Positions 40,518 through 54,472 of a stretch of 64,000 nt of DNA are shown here, piece by piece. Numbering within the stretch: the first letter of the stretch is position 1; each line of letters opens with the position of its first letter. The notes below the pieces were generated by a model. It did no database searches, was not told where the DNA came from, and saw nothing but the letters and a program-made list of their open reading frames with translations. Source of the DNA: Adineta vaga (Eukaryota > Animalia > Rotifera); NCBI GenBank assembly GCA_021613535.1, contig CP075492.1, positions 17,112,001 through 17,176,000 on the forward strand, read 5' to 3'. A program made the position numbers and the translations under genes.

Positions 40518-41789
40518 ATAAGATGTAAGATATATCATTGCGAGTTATATATATGGAGTAAAAATAAAACTTTTTTTTTATAGAATTAAAGATGGTTTCT
40601 TTCTGTAATGGTAGTGTCGTTAGGAAATAACAATAAAAGTATAAAAAACGGCGCTCTTCTTGTTGAACCTTCTATAAAAATTTAAAATAGAAAACTGATA
40701 TAACAGTTAGCACTCAGACATCGCAATAGTAACTATTTGTGCTAGCTTGATTTATTTAATCTCGAATTCTTTATATTTATTCTACTGAAATCTTCTCTCT
40801 CTAGAATTCACTATTTAGCATTAACTGGTATATTCAACTTATAATCTACCCCTTTTGTATGAATTCTCTAGCTACTAAACTGCTGCTTGATTTCTCCCTT
40901 GTACGCTAACAAACACACATTCTTCTTTATTATAGGGCGGGTCAGTGAGAACTTAAACTTCATTTACTACCAGACATTGCGACCATTTCATTCTTCATAT
41001 TATGCTAAATATTTCTCCGATTTTAAAAGCGAAGTTTACACCTCTGTATCATCTTTTTGACTTTCTGGTAATCCGATTTGTTTCTTCTAAGTAAAAATTA
41101 TACTATTCTTCTGCGATCCTTCGCTTGTGTCCATCATTACCATTGATACTGGTGATCTCTGACACATTTTTATGCTGGCAACAAAGTATTTTTTCTTAAA
41201 AAGATCTCAAACTTTTTGGAACTTTCCGTAGCTATACAAACCAATCTACGTTGCACATACACACTATCAATAACCAACGAAGTTATTCAAGGCGTCATAA
41301 GAAAACTACGGGATCACCGGAAGATGAACAAACTTAGCCATGTTCTCCTGTCCAGCACGTTAAAACTTCAACAAATCGAGACAATAATTGGCACTCACCG
41401 CAAAAATACATAAAAAACTATGGAAGATTTAGTACACTGTCGGTAGCTTCCTGCAAAAAATGCAAAACAGCCAGAACTATGCCAGGTTCAGTACAAACTC
41501 GGCGTAACCATCAGTAGTTTGGTTCCACACATAAAGAACCTTTTCGAAGTTTAGTAGGAAGACTACGAAACTATATGTGAATTTCTGAAACTAAAAAGTG
41601 TTTCTTCGATGGCTACGGAATCTTCTACACTCTGCCGAACTTTTTATACTTCACCGCAGAACTACTGAACCTTTAAAGTACAGTAAAGTACCTTTTTCTT
41701 TAGAGTGTACATTAATTGATATTCACAAAATTTTCCGAATACTCCCTTAGTAACAGAACAACTACATAAAAATGAGTTAGTGATCATTT

Positions 41790-42112
41790 CTTTAATAGAT
41801 TGGTTAAAAATATAGTACTATGTCGCATAATCATCGGCTTTTTCGATACTTGAACCCCATTTGAGTACTTCATGAGGTTTAATATTAGCAGAGATTAATT
41901 TTGAAAACTTCTGTAATTGTCCTCCATTATAGCATTCCATTTCTGTAAATTCATTATTAATCAAATGAATATCAGATCCGTCGTAGATACAATGAAATTT
42001 CTCTGTTGAATGACTATCATCCATACTATTCAATTAAATATTTTCATGATTTTGATCCACGTTTCTACAAATGAACATTATAAGCAACAAAACAATCAAG
42101 AAATTTCTCATG
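41790..42112 (-). pseudogene. Truncated secreted-protein fragment
   Basis: Signal-like MRNFLIVLLLIMF, an in-frame stop, then CYNGG..NIKPHEVLKWGSSIEKADDYA. Confidence 0.4.
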
Positions 42113-45100
42113 CTTTCTATATGAAAGATTGTGTGCAAATATTCTATTTCTTCTCTTGTTTTAATGTTAAAACTCAAAGATCATTTATCTTCATATATCG
42201 CGTGATTTTATTCAACTTAGAGAAAAATTTGTTTGAAATATTAGCTCGCACATAAAATCTGTCAACGTGTCTAAGTCATAGATTTTCATATTCTCAATCA
42301 TTCATTATGTCAAAAGACATGAATAAGTGCCACTGCTTTATATGCACTTGATTTCAAAATGAATTATAATACTATTATCATACATCTTAAAAAAATTGGT
42401 ATTTTACCAAACCTAAACAAAGTTTTCCATGTTTTTACCGAACGATTTTAAGTTCGATAAGATCAAGAAGTTTCGGCAGTTGAGAAGAAAAAACACCTGA
42501 AGGTGTTCTATGTGGTACGTGAAATCATTGCTAGTTTCGTAGACCAGTTGATGGTTTGTCAATTTTCAACAAGTTCAGAATATTTTAAGCTAAACCAAAT
42601 AAGGTTTCGTGCTGCTTGTCTAAAACCAATAACAAGTTCGCGAATCCTTAAGAGCTGAGTATAATTCATGCGAAACTTTGAATCATCTGATTGTCTCTGT
42701 GAAGGTTCGATTTATGTACAAAGAACAATTCACAGTTTCGTTTGAACCTATAATGGTAAAGCACAAGACCTTCTAGAATGCAGTAACTTCTACGAAGGTT
42801 TCGTATACTTGTAATTAGTTCCGTGTAATTTCTGCAAAACGATCACTGATATAGTGAAGATTGTTAGAGTTCAGTGAACTGTCTACCGAACGACTGACAG
42901 CTACCACTGGTACATTTAACAAACGGGAAGAGCTCAGTGAAAGATAGAAGTATTGATATCGGCAGACGTCCACTTTTCAATAGTCCAACAGACAATCAGG
43001 TAAGCGATGATATATTATAGAGTACATCCTGTCTTCTAGACTGTTTAGAGTCAATGTCAATGATGTTACTGGAATGGCCAACATCCACTCAGATACCAGA
43101 AATTGATAAGTTTTTGGAAAGATCCTTTCTTTTTTACATTGTACCTGTGGGCTAATTAGAAATGATGATTCACAAAGGTTATATGCAACGAAAGGAAAAA
43201 ATTATTGCAGAAGGACAACGATTATTTAAAGATCGACAACAAACACAGCTTCAATCGTTTTATTCAAAGAGTGCAGAAATATTTCCTAAGCTTTGTATGA
43301 ATATGCAGCGTCTTTTAGAAGCAATCCTTGTTTTATTCGAAATGAGAAAAAATGAAGATTCACAATTTACACAAGTTATTGATCAAACATTTGCAACAAA
43401 AGCGAAATGTTACCTTGAGAAGCATTTAGTCTTTAACAAACGTGATAATGGTGATATTGTCAATTATATGTTTCATTAGAAACATGTCATATTACTGCAA
43501 ATTTATTCGACAACTACTTGTTTAAGAACACATTGAATTTATTCAATTTAGACCATTTAGTGAATCAACCAAGCATGCCGTCGACTCAGTTTCGTACATT
43601 AGTTGCAGAAAAACCATCTATAGAAAAATGAATCTTGTATTTACTATATCAATTCTTTTTCGCCCTGACTTACAGCAAACAACAACGAATAAAAATGGTA
43701 AAAGAAGTAATGCTCCTTTTCATCATGTGGACGGTAATTTAATAAACAATATAATTAATAAATTAGTTGCTTGAAAATTACTAAGAATGGGCAATTTCAT
43801 TTCTCGTTCACGAGCAAAACAAACTCAGTCGTTTTTAAAAAATCCAAAACCCAATGAGCCATTGGGAAAAGAACGCTTTCTTCAACTTTGAAGTATAAAA
43901 GTATACTTACTCGTTCAAATCTACCTAATAATCGTACTGTGCTTCCAGAAGCTGAACAATTGCGAACTATGAGAGTTGAACATTATGATGATTGTATGAA
44001 ATAGGGTCTAATATCAATAGATATGCATGATGGTATTGTTTTTTACTCATATTACGAATAAAATAGAAAAATGTTATTTCTGAATTGATCTAAAATATTT
44101 TGCAACATGTATTTTTGTGGTATAATTAGTCTGCGGGAATTTTATTATTTTAGTGAATTTCAACAATGAACATGAATCTGATGATGCACTTGTACTAAAC
44201 CTTATCTGTTCCAGTCCTTTTCCACCAAAACATGAAGTATGAGATATGTTCAGAAGAAAAGGTCATGATTATTAATTGAATCAAAATCCGAGGAAAATGG
44301 TGAGTTTCGGTGAATGTTTTTATTTTTCGTACGGTTCTTTGATTTTCTGGTGGGATCTATACGGAATGCAGCTGAAAAAGGATGCTTTCCGGCTGGTTCC
44401 TTTCGGGCCCGGAGGCGAAAACGTTCGTCCTGCGTGCCGGCACAATGTACTCACTCAGTTTTAACTACTATAACGCTTTATCTGTATTTATATGTATGCA
44501 ATTTTTTTATCTACCTGCCGATGTTACGGGTATTTTTCGAAAGATTTTTCAGCAGCAAATGCGAATAATGATATCACGTCAAACAAACACACACAAAAGG
44601 TTGATAGGAGCATATACGCATTTAAAAGTAACATTAGTAAAAACAAATTTGGACACTCATACCCTGGTACGTGTACTAAAAACACCAAAGCATCTTCCCA
44701 CGAATTCAGGTTCGATAAAAACTAGTGGCGTAACTGGGGTAGGGCATAAGTAGGCCCCGCCTAGGGTGTGGGTGAGAATGACTGTTGAGTCATACCCCAT
44801 CCTCACTCGTGCGCACCTTACATCCACCCGTACGTGTTTTGGTAGAGAAAGGAAACTGCGTTCGTAGAAATCTTCGGATTTCTGGCGATTGAAGGTGAGA
44901 AGATCCATTTTGAGATCGTTTTCAACATCGAACGTTTTCTTTCGTAAATGACTATACAGAAAACTTTTTCAGCCATCGATCTTGCAATATGAGATCTGAT
45001 GTTTTCTTGTAAAAAATAAATGCTATCTTGTTTTCACTGGAGGGTATGGGTGATGGTGTCTCTGTCACATTCAGACCCTCATCCACACCCGTCCCCTAGA

Positions 45101-45224
45101 TGAGAAAAGATATATGATTTTTTTTTATCAGCTTTATTTGATTTAAAAGAACGACCTTTTCGTTTTCTTGCGATATGTTGACATAAAAGAGCAAATTACG
45201 TATAAAGAAAGGTTTTGAATAGAC

Positions 45225-47363
45225 TTAAAGAGGAACAGTTACAACGGCGACGCCCCAGGACGGAATTGTAACTGACAATTGACCATTCGATACAGAGACC
45301 GGAGCTGTTTTGATCGACGCAGCGTTCGGAGTTTCGAGAGTGTTGAATACCGTCGCGGGATCGACGCCTGAACCGGCTGACAGGATGTAAATAGTACCGG
45401 TAGAAGATGCTGAAGATCCTTGAATCTGCGTATTGACGGTAATATCGTTAGGATCGACATTGGCGAACTTGATGATCAACGTATTACTGCCGGTATTTTT
45501 CGTAGCGACAAAGTAGAGATTTCCGAGTTTACCATCTCCTTCTTCGCCTCTTTGGACTTTCTCATGAGCAATGGTACCATTAGAAGCAGTCGAGTTCAGA
45601 TAGAGATTGCCAAGATTTTGACCGATGATTTGTTGAGCGAGGTATGAAGTAGACCTAACAACCATGGAGGTGTTAAAGAGGATAAGATTTGGTGTCCATT
45701 GGACATAGTTGTGGTTTTCAAGAACTGGAGCGTAGCAACCACCAATGACGATATCTGAATTGCGCTCGAATCCAATGCGATAAACTGACTCGGCGACAGC
45801 AGATCTCACAGAAGGATATAAAAGTCGATCGGATTCCAAAGGATTGTTCATGTGCGCGTCGTCGTCGTTTACAACTGAAAATTCGCCAATAAGCACTTTT
45901 GGGCCAGTTCGAGAAACTGTCTCGTATCGACGGAAGTTTTGAATGAAAAATTGAGGAACTTGGTAGTCATGATCATCTTGAGCTGGCGGAGTTTTAAAAT
46001 TCCCATTCGCGGTGGCAATAAAGGTAATATTAGGAAAACGCTGAGACAGTGCATTGTAAAAAGCCGGCCAACGGTAACTGTACGTACCTCCAGGACTAAA
46101 CCAATCTTCATTGCCAATTTCCACATATTTGATAACAAACGGTTCGCTACGACCAAAATGCGCCCGAAGCGCACCCATCCGATTTCCAATGGCAGGAGCA
46201 GTCAAAAAGTCAATTTCATTAATAACTTCATCGATGTATGGTTGAAGTTCATCCTTCGGCACTGAGCTACCATTTAGCGAATATCCAGCGTAAACTGCTA
46301 GAACAGGTGACGCACCGATATCTTCGGCAAACGTCATTAATTCAATGATTCCAAAGCCTTCGGTGTTGTAGCCTATCCATGATCCTCTTCGACCGGGCCG
46401 CGATTGGAGTGGGCCAAGTGTTTCATTCCAGATGAAACGCTCTGGAATGGAAGGACCTTCAAGATCGTTACCGCCCGGAAGTCGAATAAAGCCAGGCTTG
46501 AGATCAGCAAACGCTTGTGCGATATCCTTGCGAGCACCATTGATTCGACCGTTATACGTAGGAGGTAAGCATGAGATGAGATTGAACTCAAAATCACCTT
46601 TGGATCCTGCAGGAAACTCAACAAAAAAGTAGTTTTTCGCAGATGGAGCAGCACTGGGAACAACGATGAGTGAAATGAAATTTACCCAACTACCTGCGGC
46701 AACACTGGATACGTCAACAGTAGCCGAGCCGTACGTGATTTGGCTATTTGAGTCTTTCAGTCCGATAGTTAATTTACCACCTGCTACAGAAGCCCCAGCT
46801 AATGGTTTGTAGAAGAAACTCGAATTGTAAGTTTGAGCTTCGACCTTCATACCGTTGAAACCGAAGTTCATGAAACCGGCGACAGCAGTTGAAGTCGATG
46901 CCAGTGAGAATTTTAATTGAGCTGGTAAAGCTGAAGACAAAGGTTGATCGGTGACAAGGTTGATCGATCCCGATCCGTAGGAAGCCCATCCATCGAGCGA
47001 TCGACTTCTCTCTATAAATCATAGCTAGGTTGAATAGATATTCTGGTAGGAAGGAGAGACAGACTTACCTTGAAAAGCACGATTATAGATGAGCTCAGCA
47101 TATAAACCGCCATCGTCACCCCTATTGATGTTGGTCTCGAGAATGACACCATGCATTGTCGATGGAATACTCTGACCAGTGGTAGCATCCTGGATATTGA
47201 GTGAAACAGTGTTGGCACGTATGCTATTCGAAGATGGCCAGGCGACTGACACTGTCGCTAAAAGCACAATCATAAAGCCGAATATCGACAGTGAAATCTA
47301 AATAAAATCCAATTTAGTTAGGCGGTTTTCGATACCAAAAGCAGAAGATGTACTTGCCTTCAT
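45225..47363 (-). CDS. Secreted GH51 alpha-L-arabinofuranosidase, fungal-type
   Basis: GGLYAELIYNRAFQ, RLPGGNDLEG, VEIGNED, DDHDY, IGEF, ERNSD, YAP, QWTPNLI. Exons 47363-47358, 47297-47069, 47011-45225 (first intron GC-AG). Confidence 0.92.
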
Positions 47364-48665
47364 GATTAAGACCTTTCAGAAACACAAACGAACGATAGTA
47401 TGACAAAACGAATGAAAGAAATGAAAACTGAGTGTGATAAGATAAGGGACAATGCTTTATATAGAGGACTGAGCCTCACAACCACTCATTCTGGGTATGG
47501 CATATTTCTCTGATAACAGCAGAAAGTTAAATTTAATTTCACCTTTTCATTAAGAACTCCCGTATCTGGTTCTTTACGATATCTGCGCATAAGAAAAAAT
47601 ACCGAATGTTCGGGATGGATTTCGCAATTGCAAAAGTCAATAAAGTATAGTTAAAAATAGGATGCTCTGAATGAAATCCGCCTAGAAGTTCGTAACAAAA
47701 TCTGATAACCCATTAACTGTGATTTAAGAGATCAGATTTGACTGAAAATCGGAATGAGAAAGCTGCATGGGTGTGATTGCGGTTGTCAGTATAACTCGGA
47801 GATGAATATAATATGTACACCCATATCCACAACCACCTTTCGAGTGATCGGGTACTCTGCTCACCGATCTATGTTTCACCCACACCCTCTATTACGTAAT
47901 TTTCTTATGATTATAATTTCAGTGAAGAAAAATGTACAATAGACGCAAATCTATAAAACCTTATGATGATGATGATGATTATGATGAAACATTTTCACAA
48001 GGCAAATATTTTTCTCAAGTCCATCTGCACATCGAAATTATGCTTAATTCGAATCATTATCTATGTTATATGTGAAAATGATGGGTGTAAGTGGAGTAGA
48101 ATATAGACGTACGCGTCCACTCTCACCGCATGATATTGACCGCACCATTATGCAAATTATGGTGTGTGTGTGTAAAGAACACTGTTCTGATACTTTCACC
48201 TGCATTCTCACTACCATTGATAGAATGCTTTAAAAATTCAGTTGGAATTCAGTAATTGAAATGATTTTATTGCCTTCAATAACTGACAATCATCAGATTC
48301 ATCACAAATTCTACAATTCAAATTCTTATCGGGTTCCGTATATATTTTTTATCTAAACATACCATGAAAGAATCATCTCAGCTAGAAAGAAAAAAAAAGA
48401 ATTCGTATAGGGAAGATAAGAAAATATTTTATTTTCATTTGTTCTTATGTTTTCACTAATATAAGTTATGACGTTTTAGTTTTTTATGTTGACTTCGTAT
48501 TTCATCTATTATTTATAAATAATCAAAACTGTTATTGCGTAAATAATTGCTTCTACTATACTGGATTTAAGGGTGTGGGTTAAACGTAAAGCCCGACCCA
48601 CACCTACATCCACCCCATTTTACATATTATTTATTTTAAATTAAGCTGATTACATAAAAAAGAAA

Positions 48666-49529
48666 TTAAATGGCATCATATTCAGTAGGTAATCGTGAAA
48701 TAGATTCTATGACTGTCTTTTTAACTTCATCATAATGAGGTCCTTCGACAAGAACATAACCACTATCTTTGATTATATCTATACGACACAAAGGGCATGT
48801 TGCTGTTTTCATTTCCTTTACTTGTGATGACCTAAAAAGTATTCCAGACATATGAAGACTATTTATTTAAGAATATGAATGATGAACTTACCATTTTTGA
48901 AAACATTGATCACCAAATACATGTGTACATGTTAGAAGAAAATTTGCTGATTGATCCGTACAGATACAACATTCCTTGATATTCGAAACAGTATTCGATC
49001 TAAATACGAAATATTAATTTATAAAAAGAAATTATTTCTTTAATACTTACGAAGTTGTCATTGTTAATGAAGATAAAGTTTTCTTTCTGCATTTGACGTA
49101 CATTTGTCTAATGCAGCGATCTGTTGTGTCAACGACTTGCGTATGGAAAAGAATTGAAATAAACTGAGCATTCTTCCATCAATCATTGTTTGATCAGATG
49201 GAGAAATCTATTTTATATAAATAAAATGAAAAACATATATCATAGTAGAATGAACATACTCGATGGCATTGAATTCGTGTCATAATTTTCCAAAAATAAC
49301 CAGCATCAGATAACGGTAATATACTAAATTGTAATGAATAGAATTCACCTTTGGTAACTCTTTCTAAGAGCTGATTGAATTGATTGAATATAGTCAAAAA
49401 TTCGAGATGTGTTAGATGATATATCTCCAACATCTTCAACAACGTTGGAACTAATTCCAAACCTTTGTTTTCTTCGTTGTCATCAGGTTCATGATCAATT
49501 TTGTCTTTTTTACTGGACGAGGATGACAT
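48666..49529 (-). CDS. RING-finger protein (putative E3 ligase)
   Basis: Spliced exons give ECCICTDQ..LTCTHVFGDQCFQKW..TCPLCR; three short introns. Confidence 0.8.
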
Positions 49530-49976
49530 TACTAAAATCTAGTTGTGAATGTTGAAATGAATGAGAATATAATATTCTTCATTTTTATATATAAGCATGG
49601 TTTGTTATCTGAATTTTCGCCGACAAACTCCTTCTTTTGAAATTTCTTTGACGAGTCAGCACTACATTCACCATAGAATCATCGATGAAGATGATAAATT
49701 TAATTATTCTCTATATCTCGGCAAATGTAAAGCTGACAAGATCGTTCCTTTTTATTTTGAATGATCTATCCAATATTTTAATATGTTATCTTGAGGGTGG
49801 GTGTGGATACCACGTCCATCTATCATAGCCACCCTCACCCACACCCATTTTATAAAAGGTGGTGATGTTGTAACCGGCAATAACATTCATGCTATTTCTA
49901 TGTATAGGGATATATGGGTACTCGCGATTAGTCATGCATTATATAAAGGGCGGTGAGTTTAACTGATCAAGATAAG

Positions 49977-50619
49977 TGTTAGCGTCATTGGATATCACTT
50001 CATGACGCTACCTTCTACATAGTTGTTTTCTTTCATTTCTATACATATATATACACATATATATGTATATCTTCTTTCTCTTTCTTTCCTGTCGTCTTTT
50101 GGTTTTCGTTGATTATCATGTCCGTTCTGATATTACTTCATGACGCTACCTTCTACATAGTTGTTTTCTTTCATTTCTATACATATATATGTGTATATAT
50201 ATGTATATCTTCTTTCTCTTTCTTTCCTGTCGTCTTTTGGTTTTCGTTGATTATCATGTCCGTTCTCATGATGATTTCTGTGATTGTATTTCTTCTTTGT
50301 TTTCTTCTCTTTTCTATTTTTTCTCAGATCATCTCTGATCTATATTTATATTATTGTTTTTCTTTTTCTCTAGTCAGTCTTTTGTTATCATTTTCTTTAG
50401 TGTTTTATTTGATTTCATCCAATAAAACACCGTTATCATCTTTCCTCATCTCATCCACATCCATTTTCTTCATCTCCTCATCCATTCCAGTCATCTCCGG
50501 TAGGATTTTTGACGTGATTCTTGATTTCACATCAGATCATACGTTCATATAGTTGTTCAGCTTACGATATATTCGTTAGCTGGAGATTTATCTTCATCCC
50601 CTGATATAAGAGACTCACA
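49977..50619. mobile_element. LTR copy 2 (643 bp, with a 138-bp internal tandem duplication)
   Basis: Same termini as copy 1; 49991-50128 is repeated from 50129; flanks ATAAG / GGTAC. Confidence 0.85.
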
Positions 50620-51328
50620 GGTACGAATACATGGTGATCATAGTTAGTATATCTTCTAGACATCGACCATCGTCTACTAATCGGGCACATAGTTTTTTTG
50701 ATTGAAAAACACAGTAAGTCATAACTGTGACAAAGTCATGAAAAATAATTAAAAAAAAACATGATCAACCTTAGTTTTATACGTTCATTCTACGTGCTAT
50801 GTACTTCCGATAAAAAAAACGAGTATATTTGGCTAAATTTTATTTAAATAAATACATGATCTAATGAAGAATTTAGCTGAAGTCTTTTGGAGCATCTTGA
50901 GGATGTGGGCGGGTGTGGATGCGAGAGTGGGCTTTACATCTTATTCTTAACCACCCACACCCACCCATCTATCATTTCATACAAAAAGATTAATGATTTC
51001 TTTGTATAACGAAGAAACCGATCTAATCGAGAAATTATTTTTCTAATGAAATAGACTAGATCGTAGATTTTTAGTCGATTTATTATATTGTAAGTAAAGA
51101 GTCCTAGCTGATATGATTATCAGCTATTTTCTACATGGAAGAGAGGAAGAGAACATCTGTATATGTCTTTTGTTGCGAGTTGCATAGATTACATCGGCCG
51201 TCAAAATTGCTGACGAAGTTGCAATTTCGACGGCCAACATAACTTCGATACATCACATATATATATACATATGTGCATAAGAGACAATTGTTTAAATAAT
51301 CATATATTTTATTATACTTATTTACATA

Positions 51329-53369
51329 ATGGATGAAATCTTTTCTCTCGATATTCTTTATGTTGATGAATACATTCCAGAGCAACTCTGCCAACTTGTT
51401 CAAAATGGTTTATGTTCTCAATTAGATACTCGATTGTATGAACTTTCAAATTCTGCCGAATATCTGACAGCATTAACTTGGCATTATGGAGAACAATTAA
51501 GTTTATTGATGAGTGCAACTCTCAATGGATATGATGATATTGTTCGTGTACTTTTAACTCATTGTGATTCAAAACTTCAAATTGAATTAAAAGGACAATT
51601 AATTCTTTATGATGAAACGTTAGTCAAAGGTGTAACAGCACTTTATTGTGCATGTTATCGAGGACATTTTACTGTGGCAAAAACTTTAATCGAATTTGGT
51701 CAAGCTAATGTTAGTCAAGAAACAGAACGTCATCCATATTATCCACTTTTTCTTCATGCTACGGTAATGAATCGTCAAGATATAATTCATTTTCTTCTGG
51801 AAAACAAATACGCGGATATAAATGAAACGAAATCGAATGATTCTGATGAATCAAGTGCATTGATATTGGCTGTACGTCAAAATCGCACATCTCTTGTCAA
51901 ATATTTGATAGACAACGGTGCTGATATCAATTATTGTAATCGAAATAGAACATCTAGAGGTTTAACAGCAGTCATGTACGCTACGTGATATGATAATGTA
52001 GAGATACTTCGACTACTTTATAATGCTGGTGCAAATATTAATATAAAATATAATACAGGAGACACTTTATTCATGAGAGCTGCTAAATACAATAGTATTA
52101 TTCAATTGTTAGTTTCCTACATGAACATTCGATAGATAATACTATAGAAGATCTTGAATTAGCTGCTTGTTATTTATTTGATATTTCATCTTCCATTGAG
52201 AATATCAATGTAGTATTTAATCTTTTACGAACTGCTTTACAACAACGTCAATTATTACACATAGAAAAAATCAGTATTGAACCAATGTATATTTATAATA
52301 ATCAACAAGAATGTCAAACAATTGATGAACTTGATCGTATTAAAAATGATCGTAATAGAATTTTTATTGAAATATCACTTATGCGAGAACGTATTTATGC
52401 ATCTAAAAAAAATATAAAAATTATAGAATTTTTAAATGATTATGGTGATCAACTGGCAAACAAGAAAGAATATAATAAAAGTCCTGCTGTTTATATTCGT
52501 AGATTTAATTTTTATCAACAAACAGAAATGAGAAACAATTTAGCAAATTTTGTTTGGTTATTCTGTAAAATGCTTACTAATAATCGAATAATATCTATTC
52601 ATGATTTTCTTCAAGTTTGTTATCTAACATTTGAATTAAAAAATAAGGAAGATAGAGATTTGACAATATACAATGCACTTTTTCTTGTGATTATTTCAAC
52701 TAAAGTAATTCTTTTTTCCTCTTTTTATATTTACTCTATATTTTATTATTATTATTTAGATTTTTGAACAAAAACGAATAACAAAAGAAGAACAAATATC
52801 AATCTATTCGTGGATAAAAGATTTATGTCGTCATCAATTGACTACTCAAAATGGACAAACTCTACTTCATCTTTGTGTTGATAGAAATACTAATGATAGT
52901 CTCAACTTTCGTTCTAAAGATACAATTCGTCAGATAAAGTAAATATGAGATTTACGAATTTCTAATAGAATTTTATTTTTCGTAGATTACCAAATGAATC
53001 TGCACTTCGATTGTTATATTGATTTGTGGAAGTCATTGGCTTGATTTCAATACAACTGAACCTATTCATTATGATACACCACTTCATACCATATGCAAAC
53101 GGGATCAAAATAAAAAAATAATTAAATTACTTTTAAATTCTGGTTGTCACATGGATTGTGTAAATAAAAGTGGTAAAATTCCGTTAGATTATATAAATGA
53201 TAAAAAAATTCAAACATTATTTACAACTCCATTTCCTCTCAAATGTTTATGTGCACGAATTATTGTTAATAAATCTTTTTATACAACTATTTTGAATACA
53301 TTAACATCAACATTGAAGAAATTCATTTTCTTACATGATAGTTTACATATTGATTTAATCTTGAAATAA
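51329..53369 (+). pseudogene. FEM1-like ankyrin-repeat protein with C-terminal VHL/SOCS-box, disrupted
   Basis: ELKG..GVTALYCAC..GH, ECQTIDEL, GQTLLHL, DTPLH, LKCLCARII; in-frame TGA at 51986-51988, further lesions, two introns. Confidence 0.8.
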
Positions 53370-53881
53370 AAGAGTTTATTTTTGAGGGTGTGGGTGTTGG
53401 TGTGGGTCTGTCGCGAGTGAGAGGAACATCCATTCTTCTCGGATGGCTCAGGATTCAAAGATCGTAGAAAAAAAGCAGGAAAAAATTGACCATGACATCT
53501 GACGTTGATAAGTTCGATCGTCCAGATATCAGGGATCATAAAATCGGCCTCTCAGATTTTGGAGCGTGAGGTGGAGTATAGTAGGTCTAACATGGGCAGG
53601 CCAAGTCAACGAAAAAGTCAGCATGCTTAGACCTCTGACACATAACACTCGGATTTTAATCTGACATTTCCGCATTTATTTTCGAAGCTGACGCTGCTAT
53701 GGACTTACAATTTATTCTTTCAAAATTTTTCTTTAGAAAAAGAGAACATTAATATAATTTAATTCTTTCACTATAATATAAAGATATTTTTAATTTCAAT
53801 GCACTCTCTCTTTTCTGGAATAATATTTTTACAAAAAAAGAAAACTTATTGAATAAAAAGATTGTTTTTTGTTTCTATGTA

Positions 53882-54472
53882 TTAATTATCCATTTGGTCT
53901 GTCATATAAATACAAAACTAGAATTAAATGTATGTATACATAAAATATATGATAATGAAAATAATTTACTTCATCAAAGATAATATAACCACTATGATTT
54001 CTATCAATTGAATTAAATTTTAGTTGTAATAGTTGTGTATTTAAATCAAGTAACTCATGACCTTTTTTAAATTCATCAAAACTTATTCGATGATCATCAT
54101 TGACATCTAATTGTTGAAATAAATTTTTTAATTTATCATAACGATTAAGCCAACGAATTAATGTTGAAAACTCATTAAATTCAATCTGACCATTCTTAAG
54201 AGAAAAACAATAATATTGTTTTTTTATTATTAATTATTATTTCTTCTTACTCCACTTTTATCAGCATTTTTATAAGCTCGTATTATTGCATTTTTATGTT
54301 TAATAATATGTGGATAATGTTCTTTGATAGCTGTTTGAATTTCTGCTAATGATAATTTTCCATCTCCATTATCAAATGTATCGAATAACTAAATTTTATT
54401 TTAATAATAAAAATAAATTTATTGATAATTACTTACTTTTCTCAATTCTTTTTCATTAAGATTTTTTGACAT
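53882..54472 (-). CDS. Four-EF-hand calcium-binding protein (not in ORF track)
   Basis: FDNGDGKLSLAEI, ADKSG|NGQIEFNEF, LDVNDDHRISFDEF, IDRNHSGYIIFDE; three short GT-AG introns. Confidence 0.85.

Noticed and set aside
43000-44100. Coding-like remnant around ORF 43162-43479
   Set aside because: Possibly a decayed TE protein, but no motif I can identify
45239-47218. Overlapping short ORFs on both strands of GH51
   Set aside because: Shadow frames of a GC-richer coding sequence
40100-50552. Duplicate hydrophobic ORFs 40100-40450 and 50109-50552
   Set aside because: T-rich strand of the LTR; low-complexity translation, not genes
40014-50619. Full-length LTR retrotransposon
   Set aside because: No gag, RT, integrase, PBS or PPT inside; cargo genes retain introns; inner ATAAG duplication
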